DNA from: Okamejei kenojei
Taxonomy: Eukaryota
Direction: 5' to 3'
DNA length: 64,000 nt
Assembly: GCA_035221665.1 (NCBI GenBank)
Contig: CM069152.1
Location: 20,584,001-20,648,000 of the forward strand
This document shows, in pieces, positions 63,906 through 64,000 of the stretch. The notes below the pieces were generated by a model, which was not told where the DNA came from, did no database searches, and saw only the letters and a list, made by a program, of their open reading frames with translations. The position numbers and the translations under genes were made by a program. The stretch's first letter is position 1; each line of letters opens with the position of its first letter.

Positions 63906-64000
63906 AAGCAGTATATTGAGTACCTGGTTTCATTTCGAGGTAGGAAAAAGAAAAGTTCTGAAACTCTTAACGGTCAAACTGCTGAACTGTTCCGTTCTTT

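Overview
Eukaryotic, AT-rich, repeat-dense vertebrate DNA. The repeat content (HE1-type V-SINEs, HER1/CR1 LINEs, Rex1/Babar LINEs, Penelope-like elements) points to a cartilaginous fish, probably a skate or ray (inference). The only host coding sequence I can support is one 191-bp exon of MAD1L1 (mitotic checkpoint protein Mad1) on the minus strand at 59236-59426, which corresponds to the penultimate coding exon. The rest of the window appears to be MAD1L1 intron, and I found neither flanking exon. Almost all other listed ORFs are decayed transposon fragments or chance ORFs. The most interesting structures are: (i) Penelope-derived short palindromic elements carrying a minimal hammerhead-ribozyme core, one with a perfect 14-bp target-site duplication (TSD); (ii) a Tx1-clade LINE with a twin-priming-like 5' inversion; (iii) a GC-rich composite retroposon with ~116-bp internal repeats; (iv) a triple-nested Rex/Babar > Tc1 > Tc2-like insertion with a 70-bp duplication; (v) a solo LTR inside a Penelope remnant; (vi) three related Harbinger-type MITEs; (vii) repeat-free, homeodomain-motif-rich blocks that may be conserved enhancers. 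Repeat boundaries without a TSD or terminal inverted repeat (TIR) are approximate, and family names come from motif recognition, not a database search.
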